Positions 27,596-35,732 of a DNA stretch of 64,000 bases are shown here, piece by piece (position 1 is the first letter of the stretch; the number at the start of each line of letters is the position of its first letter). The notes below the pieces were generated by a model. The model had not been told where the DNA came from and made no database searches. It saw only the letters and a program-made list of their open reading frames with translations. This DNA comes from Patescibacteria group bacterium (lineage in GTDB: Bacteria; Patescibacteriota; Patescibacteriia; JAQUQO01): contig JAQUQO010000001.1 of the NCBI GenBank assembly GCA_028716045.1, positions 632,961 through 696,960 on the forward strand, in the 5' to 3' direction. The position numbers were made by a program, and so were the translations under genes.

Positions 27596-30331
27596 TTATT
27601 TTAAACTTTCTAATTGCTTATTTAATTTTTCCAACTTGCCCTCGGCTTCTTCTAATTTTTCCTTTTCTTGATTAACAATTTGTTCCGGCGCTTTTTTGAC
27701 GAATTCTTTATTGGATAATTTAGCGTTCAGGCCTTTTACGTATTTTTCTAAATTGCCAAGTTCGTCCTTGATTCTTTCTCCCTCTTTTCGGAAATCAACC
27801 GCATCGCCAAGCTCCAAATAGAATTCCATCTCGCCCACGACCAACGCAATTGCTTTTTCCGGTTTAGCGCCAAATTCAATTGCTTCCAATCTTGCCAAAC
27901 CTTTTATTATTTCCTCATTTTCCTTTATTAGTTTGTTTTCTTTTTTAAATACAATCTTTAATTTTTCCGCGGGAATAATCTTAAACTCTGCTCGGGCATT
28001 GCGAACACTGATAATAATGTTACTTATCAAATCAAAATCTTTTTCTGCTTTCTCATCAATCAATTCTTTATCCTGCTCCGGCCATTTTTCTACAAGTAGC
28101 ATTTCTTTCATGCCCATCTCTTGCCAAATTTGCTCGGTCACAAAGGCCATAAACGGATGCCACATTTTAAGTAAGTCAATCAAAATACTTACTAAAACAT
28201 CATCTTTGCCTTTTTCAATTTTAGAAATTTCAACATACCAATCGGCAAATTCATTCCAAGTAAAATCGCGTAACTTCTCGCCTGCCTGAGAAAAATTATA
28301 ATTTTCCAAATCCTTGGTATATTCCTCTTTTAATTTATTAAATCTGGATAATATCCACTTATCGGCCAGAGTCAGCTTTGTCATCCTGATCCCGCTTAGT
28401 GGGAGAAGGGTCTCTAAATTAGATTCTTCACCCCGAGAACTCGGGATCAGAATGACATTCTTTTTTCTGCCATCAACCGGCATTAAAATATAGCGGCTGA
28501 TATTCCACAGCTTATTGGTAAAATTCCTAAAACCGGCGACTTTTTCTTCACTCAATTTCATATCATTCCCCGGACCAGTCCCGATAACCAAACTCAATCG
28601 CGTAGCGTCGGCGCCGTATTTTTTAATCATATCCAAGGGGTCAATAACATTGCCCAAGGATTTGCTCATTTTCTGCCCCTTTTCATCGCGAATCAATCCG
28701 TGTAAATATACTTCTTTAAAAGGAATTTCGCCCATCACGTAAGTCGTCATTAAAATCATCCTCGCCACCCAAAAAAACAAAATGTCATAACCCGTTTCCA
28801 ATACGCTCGTGGGGTGATATTCTTTTATCTTTGGCGAATTTTTTATCCAATCTTCAAGCGTTTTATGCTGTTCAAAATTTTCCTTCTCTAACATCGTCGT
28901 AAAAGTCCACAGCCCGGAAGAAAACCAAGTGTCTAGGGTGTCGGAATCTTGAATCCACCCCTCGCCTTTGGGCTTTTCTGCTCCGACGTAAATCTCTTCG
29001 CCTTTCTGCCAAACAGGAATCCGGTGTCCGAACCAAATCTGGCGGGAAACGCACCAGTCGCGCAAATTATCAATCCAATGAAAATATATTTTTTCAAATC
29101 TTTCCGGGATAATCTTAATTTGGTCCGTCTCAACTACATGCTTCATTAACTGTTTTAGGGTTACCTCTTGCCCAGATTTAATTCCCTTCAATTTTGAATT
29201 TTGAATTTTGAATTTTGAATTTACTTTGATAAACCATTGCAAGGAAGTCAACGGCTCAACCACGGCCTCACAGCGATAACACAAAGAAATGTTTTGCTCC
29301 ACTTCTTCAACTTTTTCCAAAAGGCCAGCGGCCTCCAACTTCTCCACTACTTTCTCTCGGGCCGCGATAACATCCAGGCCGGAAAATTCTCCGGCATTAA
29401 CCATCTTGCCGTCTTCATCAATTATTTTTTTGACTTCCAGGCCATTTTTTTCAGCCATGGCAAAATCAATCTGGCTGTGCGCCGGCGTGACGCCGAGCGC
29501 GCCCGTGCCATAATTCATATCCACACTTTCGTCACTGATGATTTTGATATTTAATTCCCGCCCGCAAAAATTCGCCTTGAAAATTTTACCAATAAATTTT
29601 TTATAGCGTTTGTCTTTGGGATTAACCGCCACGGCCGTATCGCCCAACTTGGTTTCCGGACGAGTGGTGGCAATTCTTATCGGAAAATCTTTGTCATATT
29701 TGAAGGTGTAGAGCTTGGCCTTCTGCGTTTTGTATTCCACTTCATCATCGGCCAGCGTGGAATGGCACCGCGGGCACCAATTAACAATGCGGTTACCGCG
29801 ATAAATCAAACCGTCGTCATACATTTTTTTAAACACCAGCCGCACGGCGCGCGAACGGACTTCGTCTAGGGTATAGGCCTCGCTGTCCCAATCCAGAGAC
29901 GAACCCATTTTTTTAGTTTGCCTGACGATGGTGCCGTGCGATTCTTCCGCGAATTTTTTTACTTCTTCCAAAAATTTTTCCCGGCCCAAATCATGACGGG
30001 TCTGGCCTTTTTTTTCTTTTAAAATTTTCTCCACTTTGGTCTGGGTGGCGATGGCCGCGTGGTCAGTCCCCGGAATCCACCAAGTTCGCTCGCCCTTCAT
30101 CCTATGGTAACGGACCATAATATCCTCAATGGCTAACATCGCCGCATGACCCATATGCAGCGTGCCAGTCCTATTAGGCGGAGGCAAAACAATGCTAAAA
30201 TAGTTGGCATTCTTTTTTATAAAACCCTTCTCAACACAAACATCGGGATTAAAAAGTCCCGATTTCTCCCATTTTTCATAAATTTTATCCTCGTAATTTT
30301 GCGGTTCGTAGGCTTTGGGCAATTCCATATA
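27596..30331 (-). CDS. valS: Valine--tRNA ligase.
   Basis: HIGH (LHMGHAAM), KMSKS, and a C-terminal coiled coil. Start chosen at MELPKAYEP (30329-30331), which matches the canonical ValS N-terminus; the track ORF extends 16 codons further to 30379. Confidence 0.93.
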   Translation of the reverse strand, partial: YMELPKAYEPQNYEDKIYEKWEKSGLFNPDVCVEKGFIKKNANYFSIVLPPPNRTGTLHMGHAAMLAIEDIMVRYHRMKGERTWWIPGTDHAAIATQTKVEKILKEKKGQTRHDLGREKFLEEVKKFAEESHGTIVRQTKKMGSSLDWDSEAYTLDEVRSRAVRLVFKKMYDDGLIYRGNRIVNWCPRCHSTLADDEVEYKTQKAKLYTFKYDKDFPIRIATTRPETKLGDTAVAVNPKDKRYKKFIGKIFKANFCGRELNIKIISDESVDMNYGTGALGVTPAHSQIDFAMAEKNGLEVKKIIDEDGKMVNAGEFSGLDVIAAREKVVEKLEAAGLLEKVEEVEQNISLCYRCEAVVEPLTSLQWFIKVNSKFKIQNSKLKGIKSGQEVTLKQLMKHVVETDQIKIIPERFEKIYFHWIDNLRDWCVSRQIWFGHRIPVWQKGEEIYVGAEKPKGEGWIQDSDTLDTWFSSGLWTFTTMLEKENFEQHKTLEDWIKNSPKIKEYHPTSVLETGYDILFFWVARMILMTTYVMGEIPFKEVYLHGLIRDEKGQKMSKSLGNVIDPLDMIKKYGADATRLSLVIGTGPGNDMKLSEEKVAGFRNFTNKLWNISRYILMPVDGRKKNVILIPSSRGEESNLETLLPLSGIRMTKLTLADKWILSRFNKLKEEYTKDLENYNFSQAGEKLRDFTWNEFADWYVEISKIEKGKDDVLVSILIDLLKMWHPFMAFVTEQIWQEMGMKEMLLVEKWPEQDKELIDEKAEKDFDLISNIIISVRNARAEFKIIPAEKLKIVFKKENKLIKENEEIIKGLARLEAIEFGAKPEKAIALVVGEMEFYLELGDAVDFRKEGERIKDELGNLEKYVKGLNAKLSNKEFVKKAPEQIVNQEKEKLEEAEGKLEKLNKQLESLK

Positions 30332-30428
30332 AAAATACTTGATTAAACCTATCTTAACATTAAAAACGCTCCAATACAAGGGTTTATCTCAAAAAATATG
30401 GCTTTACTATTATCAACAATCCGCCTAC

Positions 30429-30457
30429 TTGACGCTTTCTTTGGCCGGGGTTATAAT
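30429..30457 (+). promoter_or_regulatory. Sigma70-like promoter (TTGACG-17-TATAAT) for the DHH gene.
   Basis: TTGACG at 30429-30434 and TATAAT at 30452-30457. Confidence 0.65.
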
Positions 30458-30483
30458 AGTTTACTTTGAGAGAAAAAATTTTT

Positions 30484-31614
30484 ATGCCCCTAAATACCCT
30501 GGAACAAGTGTCTAAAAACATAGATAAAAGCAATCGCAGTTTGATTGCCTTCCGCCGCGATTATAATGGCGATGCTTTGGCCTCCAGTTTGGGATTGGCA
30601 AAAATTTTGAAAAAAATGGGAAAAAACGCGGATATCGTCTGCGACGGCTTTAACTATCCGTCGCAATATAAATTCCTTCCCAGCGTAGAACAAATCCAGC
30701 CGTCATTATCGCAGATTAAAAAAATCACCCTGGCCCTGGATATTAAAGGCGCGCCTCTCAATGCCCTTGATTATGAGATGAAAGAAAACCAATTATTGAT
30801 TCACCTCACACCGCAAAAAGAAAATTTTGACATCCAAAACATTAAAACCCAATCCGCGGGCTATAAATACGATTTAATTTTTACCATCAACACTCCGGAT
30901 TTAAACTCCATCGGCAAGGTCTATGAAGATAATGCCGACTTTTTTTATTACACCCCCATCATTAACATCGACCACCTGGCGCAAAACGAATCCTACGGAC
31001 AAATCAATGTTATTGATATTGTTTCTTCTTCGGCCGCGGAAATTATTTTTGGCCTCCTGGAACACATCGGCAAAGAATATTTAGATGAAGAAATCGCCAC
31101 GGAGCTTTTGACCGGACTCATTACCAAGACAAAAAGTTTCCGTATCCCGAACGTCACTCCTAAAACTTTGAATATCGCCGGGCAATTGCTGGTGGCCGGC
31201 GGAAGACGCGAAGAGATTATTAAAAACTTATACCACAACAAAAGCATTAATACTCTAAAGTTATGGGGACGGGCTCTGGCGCGGTTAAAGCACGACTACG
31301 AAAAAAGATTGGTCTGGACCATGCTTTCCCGCCAGGATTTTATCGCCTCCGGCGCCGCGGATAGCGAACTTATGGACGTTGTTTATGAACTTATCGCCAA
31401 CTCGCCCGAAGCAGACGTAATTATTATGTTTCACGAAAAAAGCAACGGACAAATTTGCGTTCATGTTTATTGCGAAAAAACTATTAACTCGCTTCAGATA
31501 AGCCGCGTCTTTAATCCGCAGGGCACGCAAGACCTCGCTCAATTTGTGCTCATCGGGAAAAATTTAGCGGAAGCGGAGCGCGAAGTGATACAAAATATAA
31601 AACAATTCATTTAA
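30484..31614 (+). CDS. DHH/DHHA1-family phosphoesterase (NrnA-like nanoRNase/pAp phosphatase).
   Basis: The N-terminal GDALASSLGLAKILKKMGK motif and the C-terminal DHHA1 pattern. Start taken at the ATG at 30484 after GAGAG; the track begins at 30466. Confidence 0.75.
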   Translation: MPLNTLEQVSKNIDKSNRSLIAFRRDYNGDALASSLGLAKILKKMGKNADIVCDGFNYPSQYKFLPSVEQIQPSLSQIKKITLALDIKGAPLNALDYEMKENQLLIHLTPQKENFDIQNIKTQSAGYKYDLIFTINTPDLNSIGKVYEDNADFFYYTPIINIDHLAQNESYGQINVIDIVSSSAAEIIFGLLEHIGKEYLDEEIATELLTGLITKTKSFRIPNVTPKTLNIAGQLLVAGGRREEIIKNLYHNKSINTLKLWGRALARLKHDYEKRLVWTMLSRQDFIASGAADSELMDVVYELIANSPEADVIIMFHEKSNGQICVHVYCEKTINSLQISRVFNPQGTQDLAQFVLIGKNLAEAEREVIQNIKQFI

Positions 31615-31704
31615 AAAATTCTGACAAAAAAGGACTCCTCGCGGGAGTTCTTTTATTTTTTTAAAAGTGTTATAATAAGAGCGCTATTAGAAAAAATATA
31701 TCTT

Positions 31705-32427
31705 ATGCCGGAATTAAGCATTATCATCCCAACTTTGAACGAAGAGGATTTTTTGCCCCTTCTCTTGTCTTCAATCCAAAAACAGACCTACAAAAATTAC
31801 GAAGTGATTGTGGCCGATGCCGGTTCCACTGACGGAACGGTAGAAATAGCCAAACAGTTTGGCTGCAAAATAACCTCCGGCGGCTTGCCGGCGACAGGGA
31901 GAAACCGGGGGGCGGAAGCGAGTGGGGGCGAACTTTTTCTCTTTTTGGATTCTGACGTGATGCTCCCGAAAAATTTTCTCGCCAACACTATAAACGAATT
32001 CAGAAAAAGGAAACTGGATATCGCCACCTGCGGCGTTTATCCGTTAAGCGATAAAAAAATAGATAAATTCCTGCACTTGGCCGTCAATTCTTTTTTTAAA
32101 ACCGTGCAATTCTTCTCCCCACACGCTCCGGGATTCTGCATTCTGATTAAAAACGACATCCATAAAAATATCGGCGGGTTTAATGAACAAATCCTGTTGG
32201 CCGAAGACCATGATTACGTTAAACGCGCCGCCAAGGTCGGAAAATTCCGCTTTCTCCAATCGGAAAAAATTCCGGTTTCCGTCAGAAGATTAGATCGCGA
32301 CGGCAGAGCAAAAATCGCCCTAAAATATATTCTTTGCGAGGCCTATCTGGTATTTAAAGGGCCGATTGTTTCCGATATTTTCCATTACCGCTTTGCTCAT
32401 TATAAAGACAAGGAAAAGGTTAAATAA
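31705..32427 (+). CDS. Family-2 glycosyltransferase.
   Basis: 240 aa. LSIIIPTLNEE...VIVADAGSTDGT...DSD pattern. Confidence 0.85.
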   Translation: MPELSIIIPTLNEEDFLPLLLSSIQKQTYKNYEVIVADAGSTDGTVEIAKQFGCKITSGGLPATGRNRGAEASGGELFLFLDSDVMLPKNFLANTINEFRKRKLDIATCGVYPLSDKKIDKFLHLAVNSFFKTVQFFSPHAPGFCILIKNDIHKNIGGFNEQILLAEDHDYVKRAAKVGKFRFLQSEKIPVSVRRLDRDGRAKIALKYILCEAYLVFKGPIVSDIFHYRFAHYKDKEKVK

Positions 32428-32429
32428 AC

Positions 32430-32470
32430 ACCGGCTATTTTAAAAAGAGGCGGCCGCTTTTCTACGGCGC
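32430..32470. terminator. Bidirectional hairpin terminator.
   Basis: AGAGGCGGCCGCTTTTCTACGGCGCCTCT followed by TTTTTTATG. Confidence 0.65.
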
Positions 32471-32477
32471 CTCTTTT

Positions 32478-33755
32478 TTATGTTTCTAAAACGCACAGCC
32501 CTTCGATGTGCGGCGTGCGGGGGAAAAAATTATATAACCGCAAGAATTTCAATTCATACCCGCCGCGCAAAAATTCTCCGACATCCCGCGCTTGCGTGGC
32601 TAAATTGCAGGACAAATAAATTATTCTCCTAGGCTTTTCTTCCAATACCTTTTTGGCAATCTTGGGATGCAGGCCGGCGCGGGGCGGGTCAAAAATAATT
32701 ACTTTTTCCGGGGTGATAAATCCCGCCATCTTTTCCGCCGGTGATAAAACCGCGCGGCAATGGCCGCGACCGTTAAGCTTGATATTCTCTTCGGCGTAAC
32801 CAATGGCCTCTTCATTATTGTCAACCAAGACCGCTTCGAAAAATTTATCGGCTAAGGGCAAACTGATGGAACCAACGCCGGAATAATAATCCACGACCGA
32901 ATTCTTAGAATCCAAAAATAGCGAGATATCACCAAGAGCTTTTTCAAAAAGCGGGATATTTATCTGAAAAAAGCTTAAAGCGCCGTATCTCAATTTAGAA
33001 ACAAGCAGTTGTTCTTCTAAAAATTTCTCACCCGACTCGTATAATAACTTTTCCGGCAAAGAAGAAGGATTGTTGCCCCGGGAAAAATAAATTTGAAAAC
33101 CGCGCAACCCTTGAGGCGCTGATTCGGGCAAGCGCGCTAAATCGTCCTTAACAAAAAGAGCACCCAGGCGTTCTCCCTGTAAATTGCTTCTCAAAATTAA
33201 AGTTTTTAAACCCCCTGATAAAAAAGAATTTTCCTTTAACCAAGCCGTTGTTTCCTCCGCCGCCCGAGCCAAAGTTTTATCCGCTAAAACACAGCCCTCA
33301 ATGGGCCGTAATTTATTGGTAGCTCTTTCAAAAAAAGCCAGGGAAATTTCCTTATTATCATCAGCGCAAAAACTATACTCCATCTTATTGCGATAACCAT
33401 ACTGTGCCCGCTCATCTGACACTATTTCCAGCTCCCCCTCCCAAGAAAATTTCCCGATTTTTTTATAAGTTTCTTTAGCGATGGCTTTTTTCCAAAAATT
33501 CTCTTTGTTAAAAGACAAAATTTGCCACGGACTGCAGGAAATAAAATGACTCTCTTGAGTTAAAACTCTGTCCGGCGAAGGGCTGATGATATTCCGCGCC
33601 ACGCCTTCCAGATAATTTTTCTTTTTTCTGATAATTTCCACCTCCACTTCTTCTCCCGGCAAAGCATTCCAAGCTAAAACCACTCGGCCATCAAAATGCC
33701 CCAGCCCCTGTCCGCCGAAAACCAATTTTTCTATTTTAACCCTTATGGTGTCCAC
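32478..33755 (-). CDS. TrmA/RlmD-family RNA (uracil-5)-methyltransferase with an N-terminal TRAM domain.
   Basis: 425 aa with a TRAM-like N-terminus and a SAM motif (VIIFDPPRAGL). Confidence 0.8.
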   Translation of the reverse strand: MDTIRVKIEKLVFGGQGLGHFDGRVVLAWNALPGEEVEVEIIRKKKNYLEGVARNIISPSPDRVLTQESHFISCSPWQILSFNKENFWKKAIAKETYKKIGKFSWEGELEIVSDERAQYGYRNKMEYSFCADDNKEISLAFFERATNKLRPIEGCVLADKTLARAAEETTAWLKENSFLSGGLKTLILRSNLQGERLGALFVKDDLARLPESAPQGLRGFQIYFSRGNNPSSLPEKLLYESGEKFLEEQLLVSKLRYGALSFFQINIPLFEKALGDISLFLDSKNSVVDYYSGVGSISLPLADKFFEAVLVDNNEEAIGYAEENIKLNGRGHCRAVLSPAEKMAGFITPEKVIIFDPPRAGLHPKIAKKVLEEKPRRIIYLSCNLATQARDVGEFLRGGYELKFLRLYNFFPRTPHIEGLCVLET

Positions 33756-33765
33756 GATTTTAGAT

Positions 33766-34293
33766 TTATTTGAATAATTCTAAAATCTTCATACCCCATT
33801 CCGCCGCTACCCGCGGGCCAGTCGCAGTAATTAAATTCCCATCTGCTACCACCGGCGCGCGCATATATTCGGCTCCGGCGGCTGACAAAATTCCGCCCAG
33901 TTCATTGTCGCCATTCCAGCCGGTGGCTTTTTTATTTTTCAAAACTCCGGCGTGGGCCAAAATACGCGTGGAAATACAAATCGCTCCCACCGCCTTGTTA
34001 TCGGCGACAAAATCGCGCAGGAGTTTATGCGATTTTTCGTTATCCAAATGTTCCAAAGCTCCGGGACCGCCGATTATAAATAAACCGTCATACTCCGGCG
34101 GATTTATTTCATCCAGCGTCAAATCAACATTTGTCTGTCCCCCGCCACCTCCGGACGTGGCTATCCCTGCCTCATCGCTCGCTGTCACGACTTCAATACC
34201 GCCGGCTGCCAAAACTTGCTTGGCTTCACTGTATTCCACGAGTTGGAAATCTTTATGCGCTATGACCAATAAAACTTTTTGAAAATTAGACAT
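33766..34293 (-). CDS. DJ-1/PfpI-family protein.
   Basis: Conserved nucleophile elbow (AICISTRIL). Start chosen at MSNFQKVLLVIAH; the track ORF starts 11 codons upstream at 34326. Confidence 0.75.
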   Translation of the reverse strand: MSNFQKVLLVIAHKDFQLVEYSEAKQVLAAGGIEVVTASDEAGIATSGGGGGQTNVDLTLDEINPPEYDGLFIIGGPGALEHLDNEKSHKLLRDFVADNKAVGAICISTRILAHAGVLKNKKATGWNGDNELGGILSAAGAEYMRAPVVADGNLITATGPRVAAEWGMKILELFK

Positions 34294-34435
34294 ACTTGGC
34301 TTTTTTATTTCTAAAATCCAAATCAATTATAGTAAAAAATATAGCTACTGGCAAATAAAAAATAACCAAATTCCATAACCCTTTGATTATTGGTTTTTGG
34401 TTATTATTATAGTGCGCCAGGATGCCCCGTCATTC

Positions 34436-34570
34436 GACGGGGTCTCCGCTACGCTCCGAGATTTGGCCGTCCCGCCAGAAGTAAGTGGAGTCAGGAACCT
34501 GCCTGCCGGTCCGCTTCGCCATAGCGGTAGCGAGGCGAGCAGGCAGGCCATTGACCCCCGCTTTACCCGC
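34436..34570 (+). ncRNA. Candidate signal-recognition-particle RNA (4.5S/ffs-like). Tentative.
   Basis: A GC-rich, ORF-poor stretch. GGGGUCUCCGCUACGCUCCGAG resembles the E. coli 4.5S 5' region, AGCAGGCAGGCCAUUGAC resembles the domain IV 3' strand, and the 5' GGGGUC can pair with the 3' GACCCC. A TATTATAGT -10-like element lies at 34404-34412. Confidence 0.4.
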
Positions 34571-34620
34571 CCGCCGGCGTAAAAATAAATTATTAACCTA
34601 CCGACCAAAAATGTAAACTT

Positions 34621-34697
34621 TGGTGGGCATGGATGGATTTGAACCATCGACCCCCACTTTATAAGAGTGGTGCTCTAACCAACTGAGCTACATGCCC
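34621..34697 (-). tRNA. tRNA-Ile with anticodon TAT (UAU).
   Basis: GGGCATGTAGCTCAGTTGGTTAGAGCACCACTCTTATAAAGTGGGGGTCGATGGTTCAAATCCATCCATGCCCACCA, with anticodon loop CTTATAA. Confidence 0.85.
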
Positions 34698-34782
34698 CTA
34701 AAGCGTTTTCCCGATGAGCGGGCTACTGGTGCGAATTGTAAAATTAGTATAACAAAATAATATCTAAATTTCAATAATTTAC

Positions 34783-34822
34783 AAAAAAGGCCCACATTCG
34801 CAAGACGAATGTGGGCAAGGGT
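34783..34822 (-). terminator. Rho-independent terminator with an 11-bp stem.
   Basis: GCCCACATTCGcaagaCGAATGTGGGC with a T-run on the minus strand. Confidence 0.7.
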
Positions 34823-34841
34823 TAAAAAAGAGCGAAAAGGG

Positions 34842-35594
34842 TTAGGAAGCTGCGGCCTCGCGGGGACGGAGACCGCCGCCGCAGCCAAAGCCGGGATGGA
34901 AGCAACCGACCCTGAACTCGCCACCGGCATCTAAGCTGACGTGCGGAACGTTGCCATAGGAATCGCGCGAACCGGCGCAGAGCGTCCAATTATGGATGTC
35001 AAGGTGCTTACCGCCGGTTTTCCAGTGATACCACAGCCCAAGCGATAACCGTTCAAGTAATGTGATAGTGGTTATTTCCTTGGAGGCGATTTGATTGGCC
35101 GAAGTGTTTTTCCATTCCTCATCGGCCTCCACGCGGTCCCGGAAACGGACAGCGTAAGCGCCGATTTTGGCCGGGTCGCGCTCGTTGATTGGCACGGCTT
35201 GGTCCAAGTCATCGCCATAATACGACCAGTATTCCTTGAACCGCTCTTGGCACTTGGCCCAGGCGCGATTCAGAGTCATCTCGGCCGGTACCAAAAGGAG
35301 CCAACCAAATCTTTGGCGTTCGGGAGGCAACACAACTTGGGTCGCATCCACCGTAAGACCAAAGACCTCTTGATAAAAGCGGACTATTTCCTCAAGTTGG
35401 ATATCCAACTTTGACTCGGTGTCACCCAGCGCTTCGCGCAGGCGCTTGGTCAACAGGCCTTTACGGCCCTGCCTGCTAATCCAAAATTTCTTTTGCTCTG
35501 GCGTCAGATTTCGCGGTAAACTGTTAACCACCGCTGACACGAACTCCAACGTTTGTCCATCATCGGTTTGTCGGACCTTCTCATCTTTTCCCAT
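34842..35594 (-). CDS. Hypothetical protein (250 aa). Strongly GC-rich relative to the rest of the window.
   Basis: Long ORF with a terminator. By eye G+C is about 55% or more, against about 38% in the window overall. No recognisable motifs. Confidence 0.65.
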   Translation of the reverse strand: MGKDEKVRQTDDGQTLEFVSAVVNSLPRNLTPEQKKFWISRQGRKGLLTKRLREALGDTESKLDIQLEEIVRFYQEVFGLTVDATQVVLPPERQRFGWLLLVPAEMTLNRAWAKCQERFKEYWSYYGDDLDQAVPINERDPAKIGAYAVRFRDRVEADEEWKNTSANQIASKEITTITLLERLSLGLWYHWKTGGKHLDIHNWTLCAGSRDSYGNVPHVSLDAGGEFRVGCFHPGFGCGGGLRPREAAAS

Positions 35595-35732
35595 GAGCCT
35601 TTCCTCCTTACCATTAAATTTGCCCTACTCTCCGGGCTGGAGTTTTTTGCCTCTATTCGCGACTATCGCAAATATAAGCGGTAAAAAGAACTAACAAAAT
35701 ATTGTAGTATATTTTATATATTCTGTCAACCC

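Noticed and set aside
30331-30379. Sixteen extra N-terminal codons of valS in the track ORF (MYWSVFNVKIGLIKYFY…).
   Set aside because: The canonical ValS N-terminus aligns with the second Met (MELPKAYEP). The upstream extension is hydrophobic, unlike ValS, and overlaps the divergent promoter region.
34387-34647. ORFs 34397..34582 (+, 61 aa) and 34387..34647 (-, 86 aa) in the GC-rich region next to tRNA-Ile.
   Set aside because: Both are Arg/Pro/Gly-rich with no RBS, and the minus one runs into the tRNA. The region is better explained as a structured RNA (SRP-like candidate).
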